This document shows positions 1 to 10,627 of a stretch of DNA of 64,000 nucleotides, piece after piece; positions within the stretch are counted from its first letter, which is position 1; each line of letters begins with the position of its first letter. This stretch comes from an uncultured SAR86 cluster bacterium (GTDB lineage Bacteria > Pseudomonadota > Gammaproteobacteria > Magnimaribacterales > D2472). The position numbers and the translations under genes were made by a program. Where the stretch lies: NCBI GenBank assembly GCA_902628085.1, contig CACOLO010000001.1:153403-217402 (forward strand). Direction: 5' to 3'. A model generated the notes under the pieces. That model was not told where the DNA came from. It saw only the letters and a list, made by a program, of their open reading frames with translations, and made no database searches.

Positions 1-1
1 T

Positions 2-271
2 TTAAATACTGAATTTAATCCTGCAACATTAATCATTGAAAATGAAAGCTTCATGCATAACGTTCCAGAGAATTCAGAGAGTCATTTTAAAATTATTCTG
101 GCATCTGACTGTTTTAAAGACGTATCAAATGTTAAAAGACATCAATTGATTTATAAGAGTTTAGAAAATGTGATGAACAAAATACATGCGCTTTCAATTT
201 ATGCATTTGATCTTGACGAAATAGAAAAGAATCCTTCAGTAATAGATTCTCCAAATTGTGCAAATAAATAA
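2..271 (+). CDS. BolA family protein (5' end outside window)
   Basis: The frame is open from the window edge. ESHFKIILASDCF...RHQLIY...IHALSI matches the BolA signature. The listed ATG at 53 is internal. Confidence 0.8.
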   Translation, partial: LNTEFNPATLIIENESFMHNVPENSESHFKIILASDCFKDVSNVKRHQLIYKSLENVMNKIHALSIYAFDLDEIEKNPSVIDSPNCANK

Positions 272-2739
272 TGAGAATAGATATTAAAAACCTTGCATCT
301 TTTCTTTTAGAAAAGTATTTGCTTGTTCTCTTTATTACATTTTTGGTAACTATAACCTCGGCTGTTGGATTAAATAATTTTAAACTTGATGCTTCATCTG
401 ATGCTTTGGTTCTTGAAAGCGATGAATCATTAAAAACTTATAGAGAAGCAGAAGATGAATTTGGAGATTCAAGTTTTTTAATAGTTACATATGAACCAAA
501 TAAAGAATTATTTTCTGATTATTCTTTAAATAGAATTGCTAATCTAGAAAATGATCTTAAAAATATAGACGGTGTTGATTCTGTTTTATCAATTTTAGAC
601 GCTCCAATATTTTTTCAACCACGGGTAAGTCTTACTGAGGTTGCTGATAATTTAAAAGACTTAACCGATGAAAACATAAATCTCACTGAGGCTCGTGAGG
701 AAATAATAAATAATCCAATTTATAAAGAGCTTATTATTAGTAATGATGGAAAAGTGACTGCAATGCAGGTCGTATTGAGAGGTAACGATGAATATGATGA
801 GTTAATATCTCAAAGATATAATATTCTTGAAAAATTAGATTCTAAAGAAATTCTTACAAGTAAAAATAAGTCAGCTCTTTATGAAGAACTCAGCGAGATC
901 AATAAGAGAATTAGTCAACTAAACAATAATGAGTCTGAATTTAGCAAATCTTTAATTTCTGAAATTAGATTAATTTTAGATAAATATAGAGATGAGGCCA
1001 CAATATATTTGGGTGGCCCATCAATGATTGCTACAGATATGATGGATTATATTGAATCAGATTTGGTAGTTTTTGGTTCAGCGGTCGCATTAATATTTGC
1101 AATAATGCTTTATCTTTTCTTTGGTTCATTTTGGTTGGTTTTATTACCTTTATCAAATGCATTTATGGCAGCATTTATAACAGCTGGATTTTTAGGTTTT
1201 ATGGATTGGAAGATAAGTGTTGTGTCTTCAAATTTTATAGCTCTGTTGTTAATTCTTACAATTTCATTAACTGTTCATCTGCTTGTAAAGATTAATGAAA
1301 TAAAAAAGGAAGCTGATTACAAGGATGCAATAATCAAAGGTTATGATCAAATGTTTGCTCCATGCTTTTTTGCTGCATTGACTACTGCAGTGGCATTCCT
1401 ATCACTTACTTTTGGTGAGTTAAAGCCAGTAATTGAATTTGGAAAAATGATGGCTTTCGGTATAACAATTGCGTTTATTTTAACTTTTACCTTTCTTCCT
1501 TGTTTATTGTATTTAATTAAAAATATTTCTGGTAAAGATTATCTTTCGCTTTATAAGATCACAAACTTTCTCTTAAATTTTTCAAAAAAATATCAAAAAT
1601 CAATCTCTACAACATTCTTTTTAACGTTTGTTCTTTTGTGTTTTGGAATATCTAAATTAGAAGTTGAAAATAGATTTATTGACTATTTTGATAAAGATAC
1701 TGAAATTTATAAAGGGATGTTTGAAATTGATTCTAAGTTAGGCGGAACAGCAACGTTAGATATCATCATTTCACAACCAGAGGACGATTTTCAATCAATT
1801 GAAATAGAAGATGATATTTTTGACGATGATCTTTTTGAGGATGAAACTAGTTCTGCTGCAGGCTATTGGTGGAATATATATTCATTAAACGAATTAGAAA
1901 AAATTCATGATTATCTAGATTCAATTCCAGAAATTGGAAAAGTATTAAGTGTTGCAAGTGGAGTTAAATTAGCAAGAGAAATTAATAATGGCGAAGATCT
2001 CAATGATCTTGAGTTGGCACTTTTAAGATCTGTATTACCTGAAGATATTAGAGAGAGCCTTCTTTATTCATATATAAATAAAGATGATTCTGTTGTGAGA
2101 ATATCAACCAGGGTCAACGAATCAGCATCGGAACTTAATAGAAATGATTTATTGAAAAAGATAAACAATGATCTTCAAAATAAGTTCAACCTAGATCCTT
2201 CACAATTTGAAATTACTGGATTAGCAGTTTTATATAACAATATGCTTCAATCTCTATTTAAGTCTCAAGTAGGATCATTGATGATAGTATTTGCAGTAAT
2301 TTCGATCATGCTATTGATTATTTTTAGATCTCTAAAAGTAATGATAATTGGATTAATTCCAAATATTTTTGTTGCATCATCAGTAATGGGACTCTTAGGG
2401 TTATTAAATATTCCACTAGACATTATGACTATTACAGTTGCTGCAATAAGTGTTGGCATGGCTGTCGATAATACAATTCATTACATATACAGATATAAAA
2501 AAGAATTAAAAAATACTGGTTCAGTAAATGAAGCTTTGTACAATGCACATTCAACAACAGGCAGGGCAATATTCTATACAGCTTCTACGATATCAGCAGG
2601 ATTTTTAATTTTATCTCTGTCAAATTTCTTCCCAACAATTTTATTTGGATTTTTTACAGCAATAGCAATGATTCTTGCCTTTTTATCATCTCTTACATTA
2701 CTACCAAATCTATTAGCAAAACATAAAATTTTTCAATAA
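271..2739 (+). CDS. RND-superfamily exporter (COG1033/MMPL-like)
   Basis: 822 aa with two repeats of a large soluble loop followed by about 5-6 TM helices. The start overlaps the bolA stop (TAATG). Confidence 0.8.
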   Translation: MRIDIKNLASFLLEKYLLVLFITFLVTITSAVGLNNFKLDASSDALVLESDESLKTYREAEDEFGDSSFLIVTYEPNKELFSDYSLNRIANLENDLKNIDGVDSVLSILDAPIFFQPRVSLTEVADNLKDLTDENINLTEAREEIINNPIYKELIISNDGKVTAMQVVLRGNDEYDELISQRYNILEKLDSKEILTSKNKSALYEELSEINKRISQLNNNESEFSKSLISEIRLILDKYRDEATIYLGGPSMIATDMMDYIESDLVVFGSAVALIFAIMLYLFFGSFWLVLLPLSNAFMAAFITAGFLGFMDWKISVVSSNFIALLLILTISLTVHLLVKINEIKKEADYKDAIIKGYDQMFAPCFFAALTTAVAFLSLTFGELKPVIEFGKMMAFGITIAFILTFTFLPCLLYLIKNISGKDYLSLYKITNFLLNFSKKYQKSISTTFFLTFVLLCFGISKLEVENRFIDYFDKDTEIYKGMFEIDSKLGGTATLDIIISQPEDDFQSIEIEDDIFDDDLFEDETSSAAGYWWNIYSLNELEKIHDYLDSIPEIGKVLSVASGVKLAREINNGEDLNDLELALLRSVLPEDIRESLLYSYINKDDSVVRISTRVNESASELNRNDLLKKINNDLQNKFNLDPSQFEITGLAVLYNNMLQSLFKSQVGSLMIVFAVISIMLLIIFRSLKVMIIGLIPNIFVASSVMGLLGLLNIPLDIMTITVAAISVGMAVDNTIHYIYRYKKELKNTGSVNEALYNAHSTTGRAIFYTASTISAGFLILSLSNFFPTILFGFFTAIAMILAFLSSLTLLPNLLAKHKIFQ

Positions 2740-2748
2740 TATAAATAC

Positions 2749-3852
2749 ATGGGACCATTAAAAAATATAAAGATTTTAGAATTTTCAGGAATCGGTCCTG
2801 GCCCGTATTGTGGAATGTTATTAGCTGATTTGGGTGCTGATGTTATAAGAATTAGTCGAAAAGAGACACAAGGTCTTGAGAGTAAATACGACGTTCACAA
2901 TAGGTCTAAAAGAACAATCACTGCTGATTTAAAAAACAAAGCCACTGTTAATGAACTTCTTAGATTAATAAAACAAGTAGATGTTGTATTTGAAGGTTTT
3001 CGTCCTGGTGTAATGGAGAAGCTTGGTCTTGGACCGGAAGTTTGTTTAGAAGCAAATTCAAAATTAGTATATGGAAGAATGACTGGATGGGGTCAAGATG
3101 GACCAATGTCGCAACTAGCGGGTCATGACATTAATTACATCGGTCTTTCAGGAGCTTTAAATGCTATAGGAAGAAAAGATTCTACTCCAACACCTCCTTT
3201 AAATTTAATAGGAGATTATGGAGGAGGAGGTATGCATCTTGCTCTGGGAATTGTTTCGGGTCTGATTCATTCTATGAAAACAAATGAAGGACAAGTTGTA
3301 GACTCTGCAATGGTTGACGGTTCATTATCTCTCATGTCATTTTTTTACTCTCTTAAAGAAATGGGACATTGGCAAGATGGTAGAGAATCTAATTTATTAG
3401 ATGGCTATGCTCATTTTTATGATACTTATGAATGCAAGGATGAGAAATACATTGCTGTTGGTTCAATTGAGCCTCAGTTTTATTCTGAGTTACTTAAGAA
3501 ACTGGAAATTACCGACGAAATATTCCAGGATCAGCATAACAAAGATAATTGGCCAAAACTAAAAGAAATAATGGCTCAAAAGATAAAATTAAAAACAAGA
3601 TCAGAATGGGAAAAAATTTTTTTAGACAGTGATGCATGTGTAACGCCTGTTTTAGATATGTCAGAAGCTCAAACAAACATTCATAATTTGAGCAGAAATG
3701 CTTTTACTGAGATGGATGGCTTTAATCAACCAAGCCCATCACCAAGATATTCAAAAACAAAACCTGAAATCAGACATAATGCAAAAAAAATAGGCACAGA
3801 TTTAGAAGATGTATGTAAAGAGTTTGATTTATCAATTGATGTTTTTAATTAA
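2749..3852 (+). CDS. Family III CoA-transferase (CaiB/BaiF), alpha-methylacyl-CoA racemase-like
   Basis: The N-terminal FSGIGPGPYCGMLLADLGADVIRI and the 367-aa length are typical of the AMACR/CaiB family. Confidence 0.8.
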   Translation: MGPLKNIKILEFSGIGPGPYCGMLLADLGADVIRISRKETQGLESKYDVHNRSKRTITADLKNKATVNELLRLIKQVDVVFEGFRPGVMEKLGLGPEVCLEANSKLVYGRMTGWGQDGPMSQLAGHDINYIGLSGALNAIGRKDSTPTPPLNLIGDYGGGGMHLALGIVSGLIHSMKTNEGQVVDSAMVDGSLSLMSFFYSLKEMGHWQDGRESNLLDGYAHFYDTYECKDEKYIAVGSIEPQFYSELLKKLEITDEIFQDQHNKDNWPKLKEIMAQKIKLKTRSEWEKIFLDSDACVTPVLDMSEAQTNIHNLSRNAFTEMDGFNQPSPSPRYSKTKPEIRHNAKKIGTDLEDVCKEFDLSIDVFN

Positions 3853-4631
3853 GCATCAAAAAAATTTACACTATTCTCATAAGTTTCTTTTCTCAAAGAA
3901 TCTTCATCAACTTCCATAAGAGAAGCAATTTCATTGGCTATATGATTTAAATTTGATGGCTCATTTCTATTAGACTTATTTGGAAGATTTTTAGGAACAA
4001 GATATGGACAATCTGTTTCAATCATTAATTTAGAGAGAGGTATATTTTTTATAGCCTTACGAAGATCAATATTTCTTTTCTCATCACAGATCCAGCCTGT
4101 TAAGCCAACATAAAAATCTAGTTCTAGATAATCATCTAGCTGAGATTGAGTACCTGTAAAACAATGAACTACAGCCTTAGGAATTTCTGAGGAGTATTTT
4201 CTTATAATTTTCATAAACTCATCATGTGAATCTCTTTGATGCAAAAATAAAGGTTTATTTAATTCTATAGCTATTTTGATCTGCTCTTCAAATGCAAAAG
4301 TTTGTTCTTCATATGTTGAAAGATTTCTATAAAAATCAAGACCAGTCTCACCAATAGCATTTGGATTAAATTTTTTAATGAAATCATGTAAATTTTTAAG
4401 ACTAAATTCATTTATTTCATTTGAATTATGTGGATGAACTCCTAAAGTAAAATACATACTATGTGGGTACAAATCTTTAATTTCAATAATCCTCTGAACA
4501 TCTTTTAACTGACTGCAAATCAATCCAAACTTTGTAATATTATTATCAAAAGATCTTGAAATCACATCATTGAGGTCTTTATCAAACCTTTCATTAGTAA
4601 AATTGCAAGCAATGTCAAAGATAGTATGCAT
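3849..4631 (-). CDS. TatD family metal-dependent hydrolase/DNase
   Basis: Motifs GVHPHN, GETGLDFYR, HCFTG and ETDCPYL; 260 aa. Confidence 0.85.
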   Translation of the reverse strand: MHTIFDIACNFTNERFDKDLNDVISRSFDNNITKFGLICSQLKDVQRIIEIKDLYPHSMYFTLGVHPHNSNEINEFSLKNLHDFIKKFNPNAIGETGLDFYRNLSTYEEQTFAFEEQIKIAIELNKPLFLHQRDSHDEFMKIIRKYSSEIPKAVVHCFTGTQSQLDDYLELDFYVGLTGWICDEKRNIDLRKAIKNIPLSKLMIETDCPYLVPKNLPNKSNRNEPSNLNHIANEIASLMEVDEDSLRKETYENSVNFFDA

Positions 4632-4679
4632 ATATGAATATGTTTTTAAAAATAAGATTATGAACTAAAATTATACAAC

Positions 4680-5531
4680 ATGAATCATTTTGAAAAATTT
4701 CAACAAGCATTAGAGATTGAACAAAAAAGTGAAAATACCTTTACTCTAATTCCTAATACAAACTATTTTGTTGGAAATACACCACATGGTGGATATTTGA
4801 TGGCTGTAATGCACAGAGCCCTGACTAATGTTTTACCACACTCAACAGCAATCAGTTCTTCTGTCCAATACCTTGATCGAATTGATCCTGAGCCTATTAC
4901 TTTAGAGGTTGAGACATTCAAAGCTGGAAGAGGTAGTTCATCAGGAATTGTAAAATTGATCCAAAATAATAGAGTTTGTACAACTTTTACTGGAACATGC
5001 TCAGACTTTGATCATATGAAAGGTTTTGATGGCCTTGAAACAGTATTACCAAAAATATTTAATGATAAAGATAAAAGTGATTATGTAGCATTAAATTATG
5101 ACGAAATCACTAAAGGCTTCACCCCATCTTTTATTCATCAACTTGAATGTTCAATTCATCCAGATCATGTTTGGTGGAAAAGAAAAAAAAATACCGATTC
5201 TTCTCAATACGATGCAAGATGTTCAGCTTACTTAAAAATGGGTGGAGGTAAACCAGATCAATTTTGCCTTTCTTTTTATTCTGATATTTTACCTCCTGTG
5301 GTTTGTAATAAATACGGTGCATTGGGATGGGTTCCAACAATTACGTTAACCACTCATATTAGACAATTACCAACAACAGAAGATATTTATGCTGACTTTA
5401 AAGCAACTGATATAAATAAAGGATATTTTGAACAAGATTGTAATTTATGGGATTTAAATGGAAATTTAGTTGCTTCGAGCCGACAACTAACTAGAATACT
5501 AAAGTCAGAGGAAAAATTATCACAACAATAA
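4680..5531 (+). CDS. Acyl-CoA thioesterase-like (double hotdog, TesB-like) protein
   Basis: GNTPHGGYLMAVMHRAL near the N-terminus and the 283-aa length resemble the thioesterase-like superfamily. Family-level call only. Confidence 0.6.
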   Translation: MNHFEKFQQALEIEQKSENTFTLIPNTNYFVGNTPHGGYLMAVMHRALTNVLPHSTAISSSVQYLDRIDPEPITLEVETFKAGRGSSSGIVKLIQNNRVCTTFTGTCSDFDHMKGFDGLETVLPKIFNDKDKSDYVALNYDEITKGFTPSFIHQLECSIHPDHVWWKRKKNTDSSQYDARCSAYLKMGGGKPDQFCLSFYSDILPPVVCNKYGALGWVPTITLTTHIRQLPTTEDIYADFKATDINKGYFEQDCNLWDLNGNLVASSRQLTRILKSEEKLSQQ

Positions 5532-5540
5532 GGAAGTTAT

Positions 5541-6392
5541 ATGCAATTTAAAGGAACAAAAGACTATATATCGACTGATGATCTAAGTATGGCTGTTAAT
5601 GCTGCAAGATCTTTAGAAAGACCTTTATTAGTGAAAGGTGAGCCTGGAACTGGAAAAACATTGCTTGCCATAGAGGTTGCTAAAGCTTTAAAAATGAATC
5701 TAATTGAGTGGCATATAAAATCAACAACAAAAGCATCACAGGGTTTATATGAATATGATGCAGTAACAAGACTTAGAGATTCTCAATTAGGTGATGAAAG
5801 AGTTAAAGATATTTCAAATTATATAAAAAAAGGTAAGTTATGGGAGGCCTTTACATCCGACAAGCAAGTAGTTTTATTAATTGACGAAATCGATAAAGCT
5901 GATATCGAATTTCCTAATGACTTATTACAGGAATTAGATCGTATGGAATTTTTTTGTTATGAAACTGGAGAGACAATTAAGGCAAAACACAGACCATTAA
6001 TCATAATGACATCAAATAATGAAAAAGAATTACCAGATGCCTTTTTAAGAAGATGTTTTTTTCACTATATTCAATTTCCCGATCGTGAAACTATGAATCA
6101 GATCGTAAATGTACATTACCCAAAAATTAAAAAGAAGTTAGTAAAAGAAGCACTTGAGATATTTTTTGATCTTCGAAAAATACCTGGATTGAAGAAAAAA
6201 CCTTCTACGTCAGAGTTAATAGACTGGCTAAAACTTCTTTTATCAGATGATATGCCTGATGAAATTCTTAAAAATGCTGATTCATCAAAAGCAATTCCTC
6301 CATTGTATGGAGCATTGTTAAAAAATGAACAAGATGTTCAATTGCTAGAAAGACTAGCATTTATGTCTAGAAGAGAAGCTAATTCAAAATAA
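5541..6392 (+). CDS. MoxR/CoxD-like AAA+ ATPase
   Basis: Walker A GEPGTGKT and Walker B LLIDEIDK; 283 aa single AAA module. Confidence 0.8.
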   Translation: MQFKGTKDYISTDDLSMAVNAARSLERPLLVKGEPGTGKTLLAIEVAKALKMNLIEWHIKSTTKASQGLYEYDAVTRLRDSQLGDERVKDISNYIKKGKLWEAFTSDKQVVLLIDEIDKADIEFPNDLLQELDRMEFFCYETGETIKAKHRPLIIMTSNNEKELPDAFLRRCFFHYIQFPDRETMNQIVNVHYPKIKKKLVKEALEIFFDLRKIPGLKKKPSTSELIDWLKLLLSDDMPDEILKNADSSKAIPPLYGALLKNEQDVQLLERLAFMSRREANSK

Positions 6393-7568
6393 ATGTTAAT
6401 AAATTTATTTCAAACTATTCGATCTGCGGGTGTGCCGTGTACTCTAAGAGAGTTATTAGATCTGCTCGGAGCACTGGAAAATCAACTTGTATATGCTGAT
6501 TTAGATGATTTCTATTATTTATCAAGAGCTACATTAGTAAAAGATGAAAAACATTATGATAAGTTTGATAAAGCTTTTGATATCTACTTCAAAGGAATTG
6601 AAAAGTTAGAAGATGTATTTCAAGCACTAATTCCGGAAGATTGGCTCAGAAAAGCATTTGAAAAAGAATTAGATCCGGATGAGTTAAAAAAAATTCAGTC
6701 TTTAGGTGGCTTAGAAAAATTATTAGAAGAATTTAAAAAACGACTTGAAGAACAAAAAGAAAGACATGAAGGTGGCAATAAATGGGTTGGTACAAATGGC
6801 ACTTCACCATTTGGTCATGGAGGTCAAAATCCTGAAGGCATAAGAGTAGGTGGCGAAGGCGGTCAAAAAAAGGCAGTCAAAGTTTGGGAACAAAGACAAT
6901 ATTCAAATCTTGATGATTCAGTAATCATTGGAACAAGAGACATCAAGATGGCATTAAGGCGATTAAGAAAGTTTGCAAGGCAAGGCAATGATTTAGAGCT
7001 TGACATGGATGACACCATTAAATCTACAGCTAAAAATGCAGGTTATTTAGATATAAAAATGGTTCCTGAAAGACTAAATTCAGTAAAAGTTATTGTTATG
7101 TTCGATGTTGGTGGATCAATGGATCCATACGTAAAATTATGTGAAGAACTTTTTTCTGCAATTAAGACAGAATTTAAAAATTTAGAGTATTTTTACTTCC
7201 ATAATTGTATCTATGAGTCTGTTTGGAAAGACAATAGAAGAAGGACTCAGGAAAGATTTTTAGTGCAAGATATAATTAATAAATTTTCATCAGACTATAA
7301 AATTATTGTAGTCGGTGATGCAACAATGGCTCCTTATGAAATAACTAATGCTGGTGGAAGTATTGAGCACTGGAATGAAGAAGCTGGACATGTTTGGATC
7401 AAAAGACTGTCTGATCATTTTGAAAATATGGCATGGTTAAATCCTGTTCCAGACGACCACTGGGACTATACTTCATCAATATGCATATTAAGAGATCTAT
7501 TTGAAGACAGAATGTATCCTCTTACCCTAAAAGGATTAGAAGATGGTATGGCGGATCTGTCAAAATGA
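6393..7568 (+). CDS. VWA domain protein (CoxE-like)
   Basis: Starts immediately after the stop of the AAA ATPase gene. The C-terminal half has a MIDAS-like MFDVGGSM and a VVGDATMAP block typical of CoxE-type VWA partners. Confidence 0.7.
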   Translation: MLINLFQTIRSAGVPCTLRELLDLLGALENQLVYADLDDFYYLSRATLVKDEKHYDKFDKAFDIYFKGIEKLEDVFQALIPEDWLRKAFEKELDPDELKKIQSLGGLEKLLEEFKKRLEEQKERHEGGNKWVGTNGTSPFGHGGQNPEGIRVGGEGGQKKAVKVWEQRQYSNLDDSVIIGTRDIKMALRRLRKFARQGNDLELDMDDTIKSTAKNAGYLDIKMVPERLNSVKVIVMFDVGGSMDPYVKLCEELFSAIKTEFKNLEYFYFHNCIYESVWKDNRRRTQERFLVQDIINKFSSDYKIIVVGDATMAPYEITNAGGSIEHWNEEAGHVWIKRLSDHFENMAWLNPVPDDHWDYTSSICILRDLFEDRMYPLTLKGLEDGMADLSK

Positions 7569-8932
7569 ATGTAGAGCAAGTCAGGATAAATGGAATTAAA
7601 TGGGGGCCATTTAGACTAAGAATCCCTTTTATTCATATAAAATTTAGAACAGCTGAATTTCTTCAAGGAATGATTATTTCTGGAGCTACAGCTTTTGCAG
7701 GCATCCCAATTGCTATGGGTATGGGCTTATCTTTTGAAGAGGGTGTTGCATTATCTTTCATTTCAGGAACATTAATTGCTGCTGGTCCAATTGTTTTTGG
7801 TGTTCCATTTGCACCTGGCTGGATAACCCCAGCTTACCCAATAGTAATAGGTGTTTTTGCAACAATGGGATTTTACCTTCCTACAGGAGCTGAGTATCAA
7901 GTTGAAACCTTTCAGTTCATGGCAGCAATATGTATTGAATTTACTATTTTAGTTGCTTTTTTAGGCATGACTGGACTAAGTGAAAAGATTGTAAATAACA
8001 TTCCTAATGCACTTAAATCTGGAATTATTCTTGGAGCCGCTGTCGCAGCGTTTTATCAAGTCTTTTTTAAGGAATTTGATGCAAAATATATGGACCAACC
8101 AATTGCTATGACAATAGCAATAGTTCTTTGCATACTTACAACATTTTCAGATCCATTTAAAAAATTAGCAAGCAAGAATGTTTTCTTTCAAAAAATAAGT
8201 TCTCTTGGACTTTTACCAGGTTTTTTGATTGCTGCTGTTGTTGCATATTCAATAGGCGAAGCTTCTTTAAATGTTACATGGGGATTTGCATTTCCAGATG
8301 TAGTTACTTTATTTGAGAGAACTTCCCCATTTTCTATCGGCTTTCCATCACTTGGTATGTATCTAGACGCAATCCCATTAGTAATTATTGGTTATATTAT
8401 TTTGTTTGGAGATATCATTACTGGTCAGGAAATTCTGAATGATGCCCAAAAACAGAGGCCTGATGAGCCTTTAAAAGTTGATTCGAATAGGTTTCATCTC
8501 TCAATCGCAGTGAGAAACCTTATAGGTTTAATTTTTAATCCTAATTTTCCAACTCAAGGCGCATTATGGACAGGTGTTCATGTGGTAGTGGCGGAAAGAT
8601 GGAAAAAGGGACCAAATGAAATGCCATCAATATTTGATGGACTGGGCTCTTACTATCTTATGGCAATACCTTTTTTATATGTAACTTTACCTTTCATTAC
8701 TTTAATGGAACCGCTGATGAATATTGCACTTAACTTAACATTGGTACTTACTGGTTTTGCTTGCGCATATGTTGCATTGGCTATACCAAAAACGAATGCA
8801 GAAATGGCATCGGCATTGTTTATATCATTACTGATTGCATTTACCGGTGAATATGTATGGCTAGGTCTTCTTATTGGAATATTTTTGAGTATTTTTGTAG
8901 TTGGTAAACAAACATCTTCAAAACAGTCATGA
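7565..8932 (+). CDS. Polytopic membrane protein, putative permease (NCS2/AzgA-like, uncertain)
   Basis: 455 aa with at least 10 hydrophobic segments. ATGA overlaps at both ends couple it to the VWA and ABC genes. Family assignment is tentative. Confidence 0.5.
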   Translation: MNVEQVRINGIKWGPFRLRIPFIHIKFRTAEFLQGMIISGATAFAGIPIAMGMGLSFEEGVALSFISGTLIAAGPIVFGVPFAPGWITPAYPIVIGVFATMGFYLPTGAEYQVETFQFMAAICIEFTILVAFLGMTGLSEKIVNNIPNALKSGIILGAAVAAFYQVFFKEFDAKYMDQPIAMTIAIVLCILTTFSDPFKKLASKNVFFQKISSLGLLPGFLIAAVVAYSIGEASLNVTWGFAFPDVVTLFERTSPFSIGFPSLGMYLDAIPLVIIGYIILFGDIITGQEILNDAQKQRPDEPLKVDSNRFHLSIAVRNLIGLIFNPNFPTQGALWTGVHVVVAERWKKGPNEMPSIFDGLGSYYLMAIPFLYVTLPFITLMEPLMNIALNLTLVLTGFACAYVALAIPKTNAEMASALFISLLIAFTGEYVWLGLLIGIFLSIFVVGKQTSSKQS

Positions 8933-9840
8933 GTTACGCATTAGAAATCGATAATCTTAAAAAAATATATTCTGGTGGAACAGAAGCTCTAAAAGGCATA
9001 TCTTTAAAAGTCAATGAAGGTGACTTTTATGCTTTACTTGGTCCAAACGGTGCAGGCAAATCATCCACCATTGGAATAATAGGGACCTTAGTAACAAAGT
9101 CATCTGGTAATGTAAAAATTTTTGGGATTGATCTTGACGAAAATGTTGCACAGGCAAAATCAATGTTAGGAGTTGTATCACAAGAGATAAATTTCTCACA
9201 ATTTGAAAAAGTATTAGACATTGTTACAACTCAAGCAGGTTTTTATGGCATTAAAAAATCAATTGCTCAGCCAAAAGTAAAAAAAATGTTAAAAAGGCTG
9301 GGTCTGTGGGATAAGAGGCATGATCAAGCAAGAACATTATCAGGTGGATTTAAAAGAAGACTGATGATTGCAAAAGCCTTAATTCATGAACCAAAGTTGT
9401 TAATACTAGACGAACCCACTGCTGGAGTAGATATTGAATTAAGAAGAGAAATGTGGGATTTCTTGAAAGAAATTAATTCTAATGGAACAACCATCATTCT
9501 TACAACACATTACCTAGAAGAGGCTGAGCAGTTATGTAGAAACATTGGAATAATTGATCATGGGGAGATAGTTGTTGATACAAGTATGAAAGAGTTACTG
9601 AGAAAATTGGATGTTCAAGGTTTTGTTTTAGATCTTGAAGATCCATTAAAAGAAGTACCAACTATAAAAGACTATTCTTTAAGATTGGAAGATCCTTTGA
9701 CTTTAATTGCGGCTGTAAATAAAGAAAAGTCAATCAATAACTTATTTGATGAACTCAACATGTTAAACATAAAAGTTAAATCTATGAGAAATGAATCAAA
9801 TAGACTTGAAGAACTTTTTATTGAAATGATAAAAAAATAA
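8929..9840 (+). CDS. ABC transporter ATP-binding protein (ABC-2 type, YadG-like)
   Basis: Walker A GPNGAGKSS, signature LSGGFKRR, Walker B LILDEPT. Confidence 0.9.
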   Translation: MSYALEIDNLKKIYSGGTEALKGISLKVNEGDFYALLGPNGAGKSSTIGIIGTLVTKSSGNVKIFGIDLDENVAQAKSMLGVVSQEINFSQFEKVLDIVTTQAGFYGIKKSIAQPKVKKMLKRLGLWDKRHDQARTLSGGFKRRLMIAKALIHEPKLLILDEPTAGVDIELRREMWDFLKEINSNGTTIILTTHYLEEAEQLCRNIGIIDHGEIVVDTSMKELLRKLDVQGFVLDLEDPLKEVPTIKDYSLRLEDPLTLIAAVNKEKSINNLFDELNMLNIKVKSMRNESNRLEELFIEMIKK

Positions 9841-9841
9841 T

Positions 9842-10627
9842 ATGGATAAAGAAACTAATATAAATATCTCAGTTACGCTATGGACCTTAACATCCAAAGA
9901 AATCAGAAGATTTATGAGAATTTGGGTTCAGACCTTAGTACCTCCTGCAGTAACAATGACATTATATTTTGTAATATTTGGATCATTAATTGGTCCAAGA
10001 ATTGGCTCAATGGATGGTTTTGATTATGTGCAATTTATGATACCTGGATTAATAATGATGTCTGTAATAACAAACTCATATGCTAATGTTGTATCTTCTT
10101 TCTATTCTGTAAAATTTCAAAAATCAATTGAAGAACTTTTAATATCACCTATGCCAAATTGGACAATATTACTGGGATTTATTCTTGGTGGGGTCTGTAG
10201 AGGGGTTATGGTAGGAATTATTGTATTTTGTGTGAGCTTATTCTTTTATCCAGATTTTTCAATTGCTAATCCAGCCTTAACTATTTTAGTATTATTTTTA
10301 ACTTCAATATTATTTGCTTTGATGGGATTCATTAATGCAGTTTTTGCAGATAGTTTTGACGATATTTCAGTAATACCTACTTTTGTTCTCACTCCACTCA
10401 TTTATTTAGGTGGTGTTTTCTATTCGATTAACATCTTGCCTGAATTCTGGAGATCAATATCCCTAGCAAATCCTATGCTCTATGTGGTAAATACTTTTAG
10501 AGAAGGTATGCTTGGAATCAGTGATGTTTCTATATCATTTTCTCTCACAATGATATCGATTTTTATAATATTTTTTACTGTTAGCTCTTTATATCTGTTA
10601 AATAAGGGCATTGGCATAAGAGATTGA
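9842..10627 (+). CDS. ABC-2 type transporter permease (YadH-like)
   Basis: 261 aa with about 6 TM helices, directly after the ABC ATPase gene. Confidence 0.85.
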   Translation: MDKETNINISVTLWTLTSKEIRRFMRIWVQTLVPPAVTMTLYFVIFGSLIGPRIGSMDGFDYVQFMIPGLIMMSVITNSYANVVSSFYSVKFQKSIEELLISPMPNWTILLGFILGGVCRGVMVGIIVFCVSLFFYPDFSIANPALTILVLFLTSILFALMGFINAVFADSFDDISVIPTFVLTPLIYLGGVFYSINILPEFWRSISLANPMLYVVNTFREGMLGISDVSISFSLTMISIFIIFFTVSSLYLLNKGIGIRD